DNA of 64,000 nt, from positions 440,758,001 to 440,822,000 of the forward strand of contig CM097883.1 of NCBI GenBank assembly GCA_044892505.1, in the 5' to 3' direction. The notes beneath the pieces are model-generated. The model was not told the DNA's origin. It saw only the letters and a list, made by a program, of their open reading frames with translations, and did no database searches. Positions within the stretch are counted from its first letter, which is position 1, and every line of letters starts with the position of its first letter. This DNA is from Schmidtea nova. Lineage: Eukaryota. This document shows, piece by piece, positions 1 to 13,000 of the stretch. The position numbers and the translations under genes are program-made.

Positions 1-35
1 TAAGTGAGAAAATTTTCGATTAAAAATAATCCTCA

Positions 36-72
36 AGATTGACGAGGATTATTTTATAATCGAAAATTTTCT
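36..72 (+). ncRNA. Minimal type I hammerhead-like motif (Penelope pLTR type, family B)
   Basis: aga-TTGACGA-g-GATTAT ttt ATAATC-GAAA-att-t-tct: 3-bp stem I, core, 6-bp stem II, palindromic stem III; part of an approximately 80-bp fold-back at 1-80. Confidence 0.55.
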
Positions 73-130
73 CTCACTTAATAAAATTTTTTTGCAGCAA
101 AGGCTTATTTTGTTACTTATTTATAAAGTA

Positions 131-520
131 ATCAATAATAATCATCTCCATACTATATCAAAATTTAATTTATTTTTTTATTACATAAAATTTTAAAAAT
201 TAATTAATAAGCAAACAACATTTTTCATAAATCAACATACATTTTTTTAAAAAATTTAAATTTTCACAAAAACAAACAAAATTATACCACAAACACAATT
301 CGCAACATACAACATTCAGTTACTTAAACACATTCAAAATATCCGTGGAATGGGCAACTTGATCATTTATTTTTAGATTTATATATCTAATCAACAATGC
401 CTCACCAGTTACTCGTTCCCAATAAATACTTAAACCTTTTGAAATAATTTTAAAATCAGAGATACCTATATTATTACTGATATATTTCCTAAAATGATCA
501 CTAATATTAGTCAGCCCTTT
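131..520 (-). mobile_element. Penelope-like element 3' fragment (GIY-YIG C-terminus plus 3' UTR)
   Basis: Highly similar to 57471-57940; the stop codon at 322-320 corresponds to 57743-57741; same terminus AATCAATAATAATCATCTCC. Confidence 0.85.
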
Positions 521-539
521 ATGTTCTTGAGCATTGCCA

Positions 540-2330
540 ACAAAATTACTGCAGAAACAAAAGCTTGATGACCGAAAACCAAGACCGAAAAACTCAGGGA
601 ATTCAAGCGTAATTATAAATTAATGGAACCGAATGGAAACCCACAAACAAGCCAGATCCTGAGATTTCAATTTATAAATTGCATGCCAGTTCACAGACAA
701 CACTTATTAGTGTCAAAGGAAGCAGAAATTGATGAGCTGGCAAATATCGCAAAAGTATATGAGCATCGAACATCATGACATATCTCAGATTGAAAATCGA
801 TCACCAACCGAAAGACAATATCAACAGGCAATAGAAAATCTACAAAATAAAATCAATGCCATAAAATCAAATAACAAATCCAATCAATACAACAAGCTGT
901 CAACAGAAAACTCAATATGCTATTTCCACAGAAGATTTGGAAAAGATATTATAAAACGCGAACAGCCTTGTCACTGGAATAAGTCATCATATTCGGGAAA
1001 AGGCCAAGGATCTCTTTGATGTCGACGACAGAGATCCGGGACAACACTCAACAGTCGACAAAATTCGAAGCCATATACTGTGTCAACTTCCCAGAGCAAC
1101 AAAACACACAATTTCCTCGTGGATTCTGGAGCGGATTTTAGCGTTGTGGTCGGAGTTTTATTTTGTTCGGCGGGCATGTCAGAGTGTGTGGGAGGATTTC
1201 AAGATGCAAAGAAGATGAAGAATTCAGTAATATTGTCCGCAAAATATCTATAAATGTCTGCTCGGTTTCCTTTCCTAATATTCTCAAATTTTCTCAAATT
1301 TCTCAAAAACATGATTTGGGTGTTGCTTAATATTAAAATAAAACGAAAAAAAGAATTTTGAGTATTGAAAAGAAAAAAATTAATTAAAACCTTATTATTT
1401 TACCTTATCATCATCGTTTAAAAATACTAAAAACGTCTTCCCAGGAAATGCATTTATGCCTGATCTTAGAGACGGAACTATAAAAATGTTTCAACTAATA
1501 ACTGCAACATCAAAACGTTCAAGGACGCTACATTTCAGGATTGCAGACATAGAGCAGAAATTTAAATGGAGCTTTGTGGTGGCAGATGTAACCCGCCTGA
1601 TTCTAGGAGCAGATTTTCTAGCTAACTACAAATTTGTAATTGACTGCAAAAATGCTAAGATCTACATCGCCGAAAACACGACAGAAGCCAGGGCAACAAC
1701 AGCTCCTGACGAAATCAACTCAATCCTTCTTGAGCACGCATTGGAGATAGAGACAGCATGCCCACAGATTGCACAATCAGCTAGATACGTAATCAGGAAG
1801 TATTTATACGTGGTGGAAAAGGAATTCAATGAGTTTATTGCAAAAGGCATTCTGCGAGAAAGTAATACGAATTGGGCATCCCCATTGGAATTGTAAGAAA
1901 GAAAGACGGATCGATTAGACCCTGTCGAGATTACAGACTTTTGAATGCAGCAACAAAGTTAGACAGATACCCATTATATAGGATAACCAATATGCTCCAT
2001 CAACTGGGAGAGTCAAATATTTTCAATCATCGACTTAGAGAAAGCGTATCATCGAATCCCAATCTCAGTAAATGAGATACCGAAAACGGCTATAATCACG
2101 CCATTTGGGTTAGATGAATATCTAAAAATGCCATTTGGCTTTAGAAATGCATCGCAGACCTTTCAACAGTTCATGGACAAACTTCTACGCCCGTACATAG
2201 AATTTTCCAGAGCATACATAGATGATATCATAATCTTCTCCAAGTCTAAAGAAGAACTTCGTAATCACTTATCAGTCATTCGGAAAGTCGTGGAAGGCGC
2301 AAATTTGTCCATCAATGAGAATACATCTTT
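540..2330 (+). mobile_element. Degenerate Ty3/gypsy LTR retrotransposon internal fragment (gag end, protease, RT)
   Basis: CYFHRRFG gag motif; FLVDSGADFSVV protease (1114-1148); ADV..ILGADFL; WASPL, KKDGS, MPFG.RNA..TF, YIDDIII RT motifs; multiple frameshifts. Confidence 0.9.
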
Positions 2331-2940
2331 AATTATTCCTTTTGGCCATTTCTTATTTTAGATCGCACCAGAAGTGTTTTCAGGATGGCAATTCTCTACT
2401 CGTCACTTAAATTTTTGTACTTTACCCCAGAACGTTGGATTTCCATGATTTAAAGTTATTTTCACTGCAAATAAAATAGCAGCGGGTGATTTTGGTACAC
2501 AGCCAAAAATTACAAATTCCAGAAATTGCTAGTTATTTACTCAACTATTATAAATTGAACGTTATAAACTGATTTTTATAAACTGATTCTATTGCTAATA
2601 CACAAAAGACATATTGTCATCTTACATCGTTAAGTTGGCAACAAGTTTCCAATGAATCATTTTTGGACAGAGGTAGTAAATTATAAAATAATCATCATTA
2701 GCGAATTATAAAAATAAGAGAGAACTACGTATGTCTGTGAACTTCGCAGAACTTAAGTTAAAATCTTTTTGGAGATAATATGCATTTTTGAAAACGAAAC
2801 ATCGACGACACGTTCATAGTCACATTACCAGCAGTTTATCGCACTCACATTCCACAAACAGTAAAAAACAATTCATTCAAGAATAACCTAACTCTGATGG
2901 TACAATCCTATTTCTAGATACGATAGAAAGGTTCCCTGTA

Positions 2941-3302
2941 GGCTATGGGGAGTCTGTGCCAATACCCCCATGTGTGTATATTACGTAACCGCTCGGGGTT
3001 TTATATATCACGCATGATCATGTGATCGTTACGTAATCATGTGTGCTTAATAAAAGCCTTTAGTTACTTTATTTCATATATTTGTTTAAATTGAGTGATT
3101 TTTTTGTTTAAATTAAGTGAATTTTAGTTTAATTTAAGTGAATTATTGTTTTAATCAAATGTAATATTTGTTTTAATTAAATGGAATATTTGTTTTAATT
3201 AGATGACTTTTTTTGTTTTACTTTAATAAAAATATGAAGTTTTATTTAAAATTTAATAAAAAATATATGAGTTCACACATGGGGGGCAGACCGCCCATAT
3301 CC
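2941..3302. mobile_element. MITE with imperfect TIRs and TA target duplication
   Basis: TA|GGCTATGGGGAGTCTG…CCCCCATGTGTG versus CACACATGGGGG…CAGACCGCCCATATCC|TA. Confidence 0.7.
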
Positions 3303-3926
3303 TAATACTACAAAACTTCAAACGCCTTTTTCAAGTTGATAAACCGGCCCGAATGAGTGTATTTTATTGTCTACAAAATGGCTTGATTAAAAATTCAAAA
3401 TGTTGTGTGTATTGTTGTGCACACGTGTTTTGTCATTAAATTTCTATATTTCACCTAAATAAAATAACTTTTTTGAGCTTTCATTGTAATATTGTATAGA
3501 TAAAATTTAATTGTCTACAAAATGGCTTGATTAACCGAAATACATAATGACTTAAGAACATCTCCTAGAGAAAGCTTTCTCGTAATATAGGGGAAAATTG
3601 CACTATTAATAGAAGAAAGAGAGTCGAGAGAAACTATTTAGGCACAAACAAAAATTAAGAAAGATTAGCAATAAATACCGAGATAAATAGGAGCACCGAT
3701 TCACTAGGAGACAAGGCCCCAAAAACACTATATATGTGTGTGTATTCTTTTCTTAAATGACATTGAGTTAAGTGAAATCAGAACGCATATCGTAAATATA
3801 AACTTCCCCGTCTATCCCTCCTTACGTTCAGCTCTTTTGCACATTTAATTTCCCAATTTCATAACTATTCAATATCAAATGAATAGTTCATGAATTTTCG
3901 ATGATAACAACTATTAAAATATTTAC

Positions 3927-4045
3927 TTGACATAATTCCGATAAATATGGAGATGCCTCTGGGACAAATGTATTGCTAACATAAACTCCATAAACATAAA
4001 CTAGACCCCAGTGATTATCAATGAGTTCTGTCAATAAGAGAGGAC
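3927..4045 (-). CDS. TMEM62: TMEM62 exon 12 ([22 protein letters not shown]…ELCQ)
   Basis: ttctag acceptor; CAA|gtaaat donor; same spacing as human GPWFFGEIIDGKFG…GILQ. Confidence 0.85.
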
Positions 4046-7000
4046 CTAGAAATGTCTGATAAGCATCATATGTATATAATGATATAATGTACATGAAACT
4101 GAATAGAGCAGATATATCAACATTGGATAGAATAAATGCGGATTGGATGCAAACCTTATTGATGCAACGATCCAAGGATTATCTTGATATGCAAACAGTC
4201 CTATTAATATCCAGAAAAGTAATTATTATTAGGATATCGTGATTTTGTTTAAAAAATTCATTTTTCTTTAAACCCGAAAGTTTATTTATAAATATTTAAT
4301 AATAATAATAATAACTTATTTAAATTATTAAATAATAAAACACTATTTATTGAAAACAACACTGTTGTATCAAGATAACACTAAGAGTATATTATATTAT
4401 ATTATATTATATTATATTATATTATATTATATTATATTATAAAATAATCATCATTAGCGAATTATAAAAATAATAAGAGAGAACTACATATGTCTGTGAA
4501 CTTCGCAGAACTTAATATAATATAATATTATATTATATTATATTATATTATATTATATTATATATATATATATATATAAATTCATTTTAAAGAAAGGAAA
4601 ATGCTTAGATTAAAAAAATGCAGCACATTGGTGCGTGCGGGTATTTTTTGAGACCAAATACAAATTATCATAATTATCTTTTTTCACCTTTGATCTTTTT
4701 TTAAAAAATTCATTTTTCTTTAAACCCGAAAGTTTATTTATAAATATTTAATAATAATAATAATAACTTATTTAAATTATTAAATAATAAAACACTATTT
4801 ATTGAAAACAACACTGTTGTATCAAGATAACACTAAGAGTATATTATATTATATTATATTATATTATATTATATTATATTATATTATATTATATTATAAA
4901 ATAATCATCATTAGCGAATTATAAAAATAATAAGAGAGAACTACATATGTCTGTGNNNNNNNNNNNNNNNNNNNNNNNNNNNNNNNNNNNNNNNNNNNNN
5001 NNNNNNNNNNNNNNNNNNNNNNNNNNNNNNNNNNNNNNNNNNNNNNNNNNNNNNNNNNNNNNNNNNNNNNNNNNNNNNNNNNNNNNNNNNNNNNNNNNNN
5101 NNNNNNNATGCTTAGATTAAAAAATTGCAGCACATTGGTGCGTGCGGGTATTTTTTGAGACCAAATACAAATTATCATAATTATCTTTTTTCACCTTTGA
5201 TCTTTTTTTATTATTATTATCAATAATTTCCATAATGACTATAGTGTGTATTTGATAAAGGCTGTGCCGAAAAATTGTGTACTTGTTAAAAGAAATTTTG
5301 ATCTATAGTCATTATGGGAACTATTGATAATAATAAAAAATACAAATTGGTTTTAGGCACTCCCAAAATGTATCTCGATTCCTGACTTATTTCCAGAACG
5401 TGTTAAAATTAATAAATAAGTTGAAAATACCGAAAATAAATTATTTTGAAATCGTTGACACTCAAATTTATTATATATGACGTCATTACATGCCAATATA
5501 ATAATTTAGGTTCATTTTATATTTACAGTTGTAAATGTGTCACGGAGATTTTGTCAAAGTACGATTTAAATTTTTCTTTCTGAGTTGCATTTTGTGATTA
5601 ATAATAATAATTATTATTATTATTATTATTATTATCATAAATAATAATTAAAAAAGTAGTAAAGTAGTATGAAGTGAAAACCCAATTAAAAATAATTTCG
5701 TATTGGAGTGATGAGGATTTTTTACAGTTCCACTTTTTATATTATACAATAATAAACATTAATAATAATATCATAATTATCTTTTGTTTCACCTTTGATC
5801 TTTTTTAATATTAATATCAATAATTCCCATAATGGATGACTAAAGATCAAAATTTCTTCAAATAAGTACACAATATTTCGGCACAGCCTTTATTAAGTGT
5901 GTATTACAATCGCTATATTAACTTAGACCTAAATACTAACCTTAATTATTTATTATATATTTTATAATGATTTTATTAGATGAAAGTAATGGTCGCGCAC
6001 GCTTTGTAAAAATATTTTAAAAATAATTAAAATAAATATTAAGTAACCGCGGGGCTTGATTGGTGTGAGAAACTGTGGGGCGAGCCTGAAAGACTGAGGC
6101 CGTTGGGCGCTCTTGTCGGAATCTGTTTAAATCTTATATGCTTAAATGTAAATTGCTTTCTGGATGTTGCAATCTTGTCGGGAGAGGTCACTTTTGCCAA
6201 GAGGTAATTTCTCATAAATCATCGCGAAATTCTCATGTGGTCATACCAGAAATACCGAGTAAATCTTCCATGATTATAGAAGAGTTCTCAAAAATGGTGG
6301 GAAATGTTTATCCATTTTCGAAATCGATACACGACTTTGAGACAGATCTGAGCATTCTAATTGATAATTTAAATGGAAGTAACAATAATATAAATTTCGA
6401 AAATTTCGAAAAAGTGGAAGAGATTATTCGCGATTGATTTGCAATCTAAATCTTTAAATTTAAATTTTGATTTTAGAATTTTAATGTTAATTTTGGGGTA
6501 AATGGTAATATTAAAAAATATGCAATTTTTAGTTTGTAAAATAATAGAAAAAATATTTAAGTAGTTGTTTTAACAATATTGACAAATGGTTGGGTGCTGC
6601 TGGGGTGTTGGTTAGATGGACAACTGAGATCATTAAGATTTTATATGTTAGGGTGATCTCGCCAACATAAAAACATTCCCCCGCTGACACCCATGATGTA
6701 TCCCTAACTACTCATCATGTTGGTGCTGTGTCAACGTTGTGAAATGACAAGGCAGGTGAGCAACCTTTCGGCTACTATTCCCTTGTTTATTCACGGGTCC
6801 ACCACTACCGATAGAAGGTGTTTGTGGATTTCTTTCGGTCCCACTTATGCTCTTTTCTATTGTCCTAGGGTAATTTAATTTTAATGTATCTGCAGCTTTA
6901 AATGAATCCGGGTTTTAGTTACATTCAATCCTCAAATGTTCCACAAACAAACAAGACAAGTCAAATCATTCGTTTACAATACATTTATTTATAATTTAAC

Positions 7001-10000
7001 AACACTGAGGGTCTAATTACATTCAGCAATTCCTGCTCGGAGAGTCCACTGAGCAGATCCACTTCTATGCCTAGGCGGTCAGCATATGCCCGTCTCTCCC
7101 TACGCTTCTTCGCTCCAAGGCGATTTCTCCGTTTCGTCCTCTTTGAACCTTCCGGGATTATTGTTGTTGCTGGGGTAGTTGGAATTGGGATTGCCTCTAT
7201 TTCAGTTTGGGTACTCGTAGTTACCGATATCGAGTCCACCCATCGGTGAAAGGTACTCGCCCTGATCACTGGGCGTAATTGCTCGGTGATAAATTCTTGG
7301 GTTGCCACTCTCAGGTAATTGGACAATTCCAATTTTAGTGCTGCAACCTCTCTAGCCTGCTCGTCGGCTACTCGTTCGGCTCTGTACCTGGCTTGTAAGA
7401 TGGCTTTGACCCTTTCGGGGTTAAACCATGTTGTCTTGATCCTTTGATGTTCGTCATTCAATTGTCGTAAACGATTTTCCAATGCTCGGGACCGTGCCTT
7501 GTGTTCCTTCACCTCCTGTTGATAATTCCGATTTTTATTCTCGTTCATCTAGGAGAAATATACCGTTAACTAGGGCAGGTGTAATTTGCTAGGTTTCTCA
7601 GTCACCTTTTCGTTACTAAACAACTATGTATCATCCTCATACACTTCTCATGCATTCAACACCAAAACAAAACCCTTTTAGAGATGAACACATTAATTTA
7701 GAAGTATTTCTTCTCTGGACGTATCTCCTTCACGATCCACTGAACGGTCGCAACTCCTGGTCGGCAGGATTCTCGTCGCGGCGAATTCCATTTGCATGAT
7801 ATAGTTCTGGTGCTGGACACCAACACAATTTATCTCGATAGATAAATATCTCCCACAGGCGAAGGTCCTTGGGCTCCGGATAGGGTTCCGTTGAGACGCT
7901 TCCTGGAGCGTTCGAGTAGACGAAGACTTCCCCAGTGTCGCCACACCGAGGCCTGTCTAGCGGCACGTATCCGAGTCGATGAAATGTTCTTCCTGACATC
8001 ATTCCGGTGCTCAACAACCAGCGAGGTTGATTTGTGTCGTCTACGAATTGGTAGAACCATTGGTCAGATTCTGGCTTGGTAGGATCCGAGGAGGACACCC
8101 AATCGGCGTCTCGTTCCCACCTCAATTTTAATGTGAATGCGCACGCTGGGATGCTGGCGGCTGCGCTCATATGATTCCTCATCCATCGGCGCAGGTGTCG
8201 GCGCGCAATTTCGCTAATTCGGCGTGGAGCTTCCGTTTCTCCCTCGATTGTAGGATTCACCTTAGGCCTGACTACGGAGCGGGTGCGCCGTTTCTTTCGG
8301 ATGATACAATCTTCTAGTTTCACGGGTAGGAATTCCACTGGCCTCCATCTACTGTTTTCTATTTTGACCATACTACTCTGAAGAAAGATGACCAGAATTA
8401 ATTGATGAACCTTACGGTTGATCATCTCTATATATACTACCTGGCCCACTCAACTGGTCGATCTATTTTCTGTAGGCCTCTGCAAATCATTCTCATTTCA
8501 CCCAGCGAGTGACGGTGATGTATTGTAGGCCGCTATCACCGATTTGTTGGCGAGCTAATCTACTCCGCATTTTTACTCCGATGATTTTTTAGTTATACCT
8601 AATTCACTTTTTGTTGTTTATGACATCAATTTTAGATTTATTATTTATCATTTCAATCACGCTCAATTTATTTTTGTTATTTATGATTATTTTATATTTA
8701 TTAGTTGTCACGCATACTCGTCTCCTCAACAAACTTTTATTAATTCACCCCACAATTGACTAACAATGATCATGCTACTATGGGAATGTCAAGAATCCCT
8801 CACTCTATCTGATTTAGTAATCCGTGTATTATCGACACCTATTATAGGTGCTTGCCTCTCATATTCCTCGGGATTTAGGTGCATACGCTGGAAGGTATAA
8901 TTGATTTATTACCACTCCCTGACGCTGGTGCTCTTGCCTAAACTAGTATGACTTATGCTTTGCCTACCCCTGTTCTCGTTCACCCTAGGTTTCTCAGCAC
9001 TGATGTTATTTGTTACACATACGTATCCCTCGTCTAGAGATATCGCCATGATGTATATCATTCATATGCGACTATCTTTCCTTTGATTGACTCTATGATC
9101 GCTCATTCACATGAGTCTATCTTTGCTTTAATTTACACTCACTAGATTTCACTCGATACCCTATGTGCATTTATTCCCCTTCCCCTTACCAAGTATTTAG
9201 TAAACCTATGGTCCCGCCGCATCAGCACCTCACATAAAAATGTGTTGCGCTGAGAGGCCCAGGAATCCGTCAGGCTGTTAGGCCTCCGGAAAACCTTATT
9301 GATTTTAGCATGATTATAATTATGAGGGTTTAAGATAATAATACAAAACTCAACTCGAAATTACCTTTTATTTTCTCTTCCAAGTTGTTTACAAGTTGCT
9401 AGTTAGTAGCTGTTACTTACACTCAGTAAAAAATGACATTCTCAATACTGATTTATCTTCAGTATTTATACTAAACCGGTGTTGTTGGTCAGCCAATCAG
9501 CATCGAGTATGTGTGTATGTTTGATCATTCTTTTGTATTGTCGGCTTTTTGCTGCCTAATTCAACTCACTGATTTATTTGTTTAATCATGCGGTAAGTTT
9601 TCTTTGTCATCAATTTATTTTATTTTGTTTTTGTTTTAGGTCTTCGGTGACGTCCGCCCACGCTCTGTCATATTCAGATTTTATCTGCTTCGCATGAGTG
9701 AGTTTTGAAGATTTATTTTGTTTTGATTAATACTTTATTTCTTTTAGATGTTGCCGCTTATTTGCTACTTTTTATGCTGGTAATTTATTTTATTGTTATT
9801 TTGTGTAGCTTTATTTTATTGATTGCATATTATTTTCAGATGCTGCTCGATTTGGCTGGCCCAACAGTGCTTAAAAATTGGATTTGTAATTTTTTAGGTA
9901 GTTTAAATGGTTTAATGAGAAGTTTTATATAGAATAAAATTTCCTTCGGTTGAAATTGATCTTGAATTTTTAAAAATGTGCGATGTTTGTGCTGTCGCTA

Positions 10001-13000
10001 ACTTTAGGTATCATTTAAAATATTCTCATATTGCTCAAAATGGTATTGATGATGAATATGATGGAATATTAAATGTGTTGAAAACTATCTTCGAAATCCA
10101 AAAGTTGGATTAGCTCAATTTTGGAGTTGTAGAATTCTTGCAAGACGAATTAAAAAATCAGACTTCGCATTCGTGAAATGGTTAGTGGTGATACACTTTA
10201 ATTCAGTCGACATTTTTGAAGAAAACGAGTTTGAAATAGGCTACTAATCTGGATAAAGATAAAACGAAATGCGTCGCAGATTATAAACGTAATACGTTTG
10301 AGCTTCTGCATAAAATGAAAAATGATTTAATATCAGCTGAGAGAACCAGATTTTATTAGATGAAAGTAAATTTATGATTTTTTGAGCGAATTGAATGTTG
10401 ATAGACGGTTTGTATTTTTTTATGTAAAAAGTCTCGGAAGCTAATCTTTTGTAATGAACATAACCAGTAATTATTACGAACACTGGGAAAAAGTACATAA
10501 AACAACTCCATCTATAGAAGAAACAAAATGCTAGATTCTACAAGAGGAATTCAAAAATTCATTACGAAGATTAGCTTCCAATACTTTTTACATTAAAAAA
10601 TACAAACCGTCCATCAACATTCAATTCGCACAAAAAAATTTTGAAAAAAAATCAAAATAAATTTATTTTCATCCAATAAAATTATTATAAAATATTTTGG
10701 GTTCTTATACGAATTCAAATTGAATCATAGCGCAGCTCAAGCTTCGAGAAACATCAATCAAGCATTCGGAAATAGATCCACTAACGAAAAAATGCACGAT
10801 ATTGGTTCCGAAATTTTCCTTCTGGCAATTTGAGTATCAACAACGAACCTCGAGAAAGATCACTGACCTGTCTTGATAACGAGGAATTAAGGACGACCGT
10901 GGAATCCAAACCACACACAACTAATCGTAAACTTGGATCTAAACTAGGATTTAGCCAAACAACTGTATTACAACATCTGCATGCCATAAATAAAGTAAAA
11001 AAATTGGACGCGTATGTGCCGAACATATTGACGCAATCACAGATGCTCAACCACAAGACCATATGCGCATCTTTATTGCTTAGCAATGAACGATTATTAT
11101 TTTTACACCAAATTATCACTTGTGATAAAAATGGATTTCATATGATAACAAAAAACGTCGAAACAAATGGGTAGATAAGATTACACCGCCAGGACACACA
11201 TCTAAGCCGAACATTCATGGAAAAGAAGTTATGGTCACGGTATGGTGGAATGCCAAAGGTGTGATCTATTATTCCTTCCTGAACCAGGCGATACCATAAC
11301 AGCGGTGTCCTTTTGCCATGATATTTGATTTCATGCATGAGAAACTTATGAAAAAAACAACCAGCATTGCTCAATCGGCACGGCGCAATATTACTGCATG
11401 ATAACGCTGGACCACATAAAGCTTCAATCACTGTTGACAAATTAGCCTCTCTGCAATATAAAGTTTTTTGGAATTTTAATATAACCAGAGCGATATATAA
11501 CCCATCTATTCTGTTTATGGAAGCGAGGTATATATTCTGCAGTATTCCAATAAAGAGATACTAGTTTGTAATTTGGTAGAAAGTGAGCTTGCAATGTAAA
11601 GATTATTTATAATGAATAAAGAATGAGTTTGTATCTCTCACAGACGAAGCCAGGTAATAAAGCTGTTTGATATTATAAATGTGACACTATAACATGGGTT
11701 CCCAACCTTTTCATAGTACCATACCTGTGCGTTGTAAACAATTTGATGGCGAACCGGTAAACCTAATTTTTTTAATGGGGTATGAAATGCAATGGAAATT
11801 TGTAATAAAGACAAGTAACTTGGGATATATATATATTTACTCCCGTAACACCTATTTACGAAATTATGTTACTATCTCAAGCAATAAACTTATATTAATT
11901 ATTAATGAGTTACAGAGCATTAATTGTATGTACGAAAATCCCTACTCTACAGAATTTAAACAAGTAAGCGCGTGCACTTCGAATTTGATTCTATGGATCT
12001 TTGATTTTAAGTGAACATTTATATAGGTGCTTCTCACTTTTATTAAAAACTTCAGCATTATTTCATAAATATTTACAATATAGTCGACAATGCATGCACA
12101 TTTGCAAAACAATACATACAATTTTCAAATTAAATTCTTAAAAATTGCGCCACAACCTTGATGAGTAGATCCTGGGATGGACAACTAAATTCAATATACT
12201 CTTTGAATTATTCGTTTTGAAGAGTATAAAAAGGAAATAAAAAACGGCTTTATTATCCAAACTCAAGCTCAAACGCAATTCGAATGAGACTGAACGCGAA
12301 CCCTGAGAATTGGCGTTTCCCCAGAGATCAGTCGTCTTCACTCTTTTGGGGTCGTAGATAATGCACTCAGGTACAGGCAGCATCATTTGAGATTAGGTAT
12401 ATCCCAATTAAGTATTACAACACCAACAATGGATAAGAAATTGTAAAATATTAAAATGTATAGGTTATTGTAGTCATGTTTTTTTCGCAAAACAGATTTT
12501 TAATAGATTTTTGCTTTATATATAGTAAAGTAATTCGCGTACCGGTAGCTGCTTGCCCGCGTACCCAAGGTTGGGAATCCCTGCTCTATAAGATGGGATT
12601 TCTATCTAATGCGAATAATTTTATATTTTACATAAATTTAAAAAATTAGTTAGATAATAAACAACATAAAACTAAAATTATAAGCTCACTGCTCTCTCGC
12701 CAACTGAAATATTTGAATATAATTAGGAAAGACATCATAGAAAACCATAAAGTGTAATAGATCACCCTTAACTAGATAAAAATAAAACAATAAAGGAATT
12801 TACTGAAATCTCAAATAATCCAATGTAAACAGAAATTAATCAAAGTTTATTTACAGATAATTTTAGTTGAGTTTTATGTCAAGCTTTTAGTAATAGTAAT
12901 ATCAGATATTAGATAACTTCAACAAGTCAAAAAAAAATAATAATATTATTAACTCGAAGAAATAGTAAACATTTCCGAGTTGAGGAAAAAATAGATATTA

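Larger units (their letters stand above)
6598..9866 (-). mobile_element. 3.27-kb solo-LTR-like element containing promoter and two ORFs
   Basis: GTGC target duplication (6594-6597 and 9867-9870); termini TGTTGGGCC…CCCCAGCA on the minus strand; CCAAT box at about 9495; TATAAATA at 9470-9463; donor gtaagt at 9420. Confidence 0.75.

Noticed and set aside
7067-8082. Overlapping antisense or alternate-frame ORFs (7067, 7693, 7830, 7891)
   Set aside because: Shadows of ORF-A and ORF-B in GC-richer sequence
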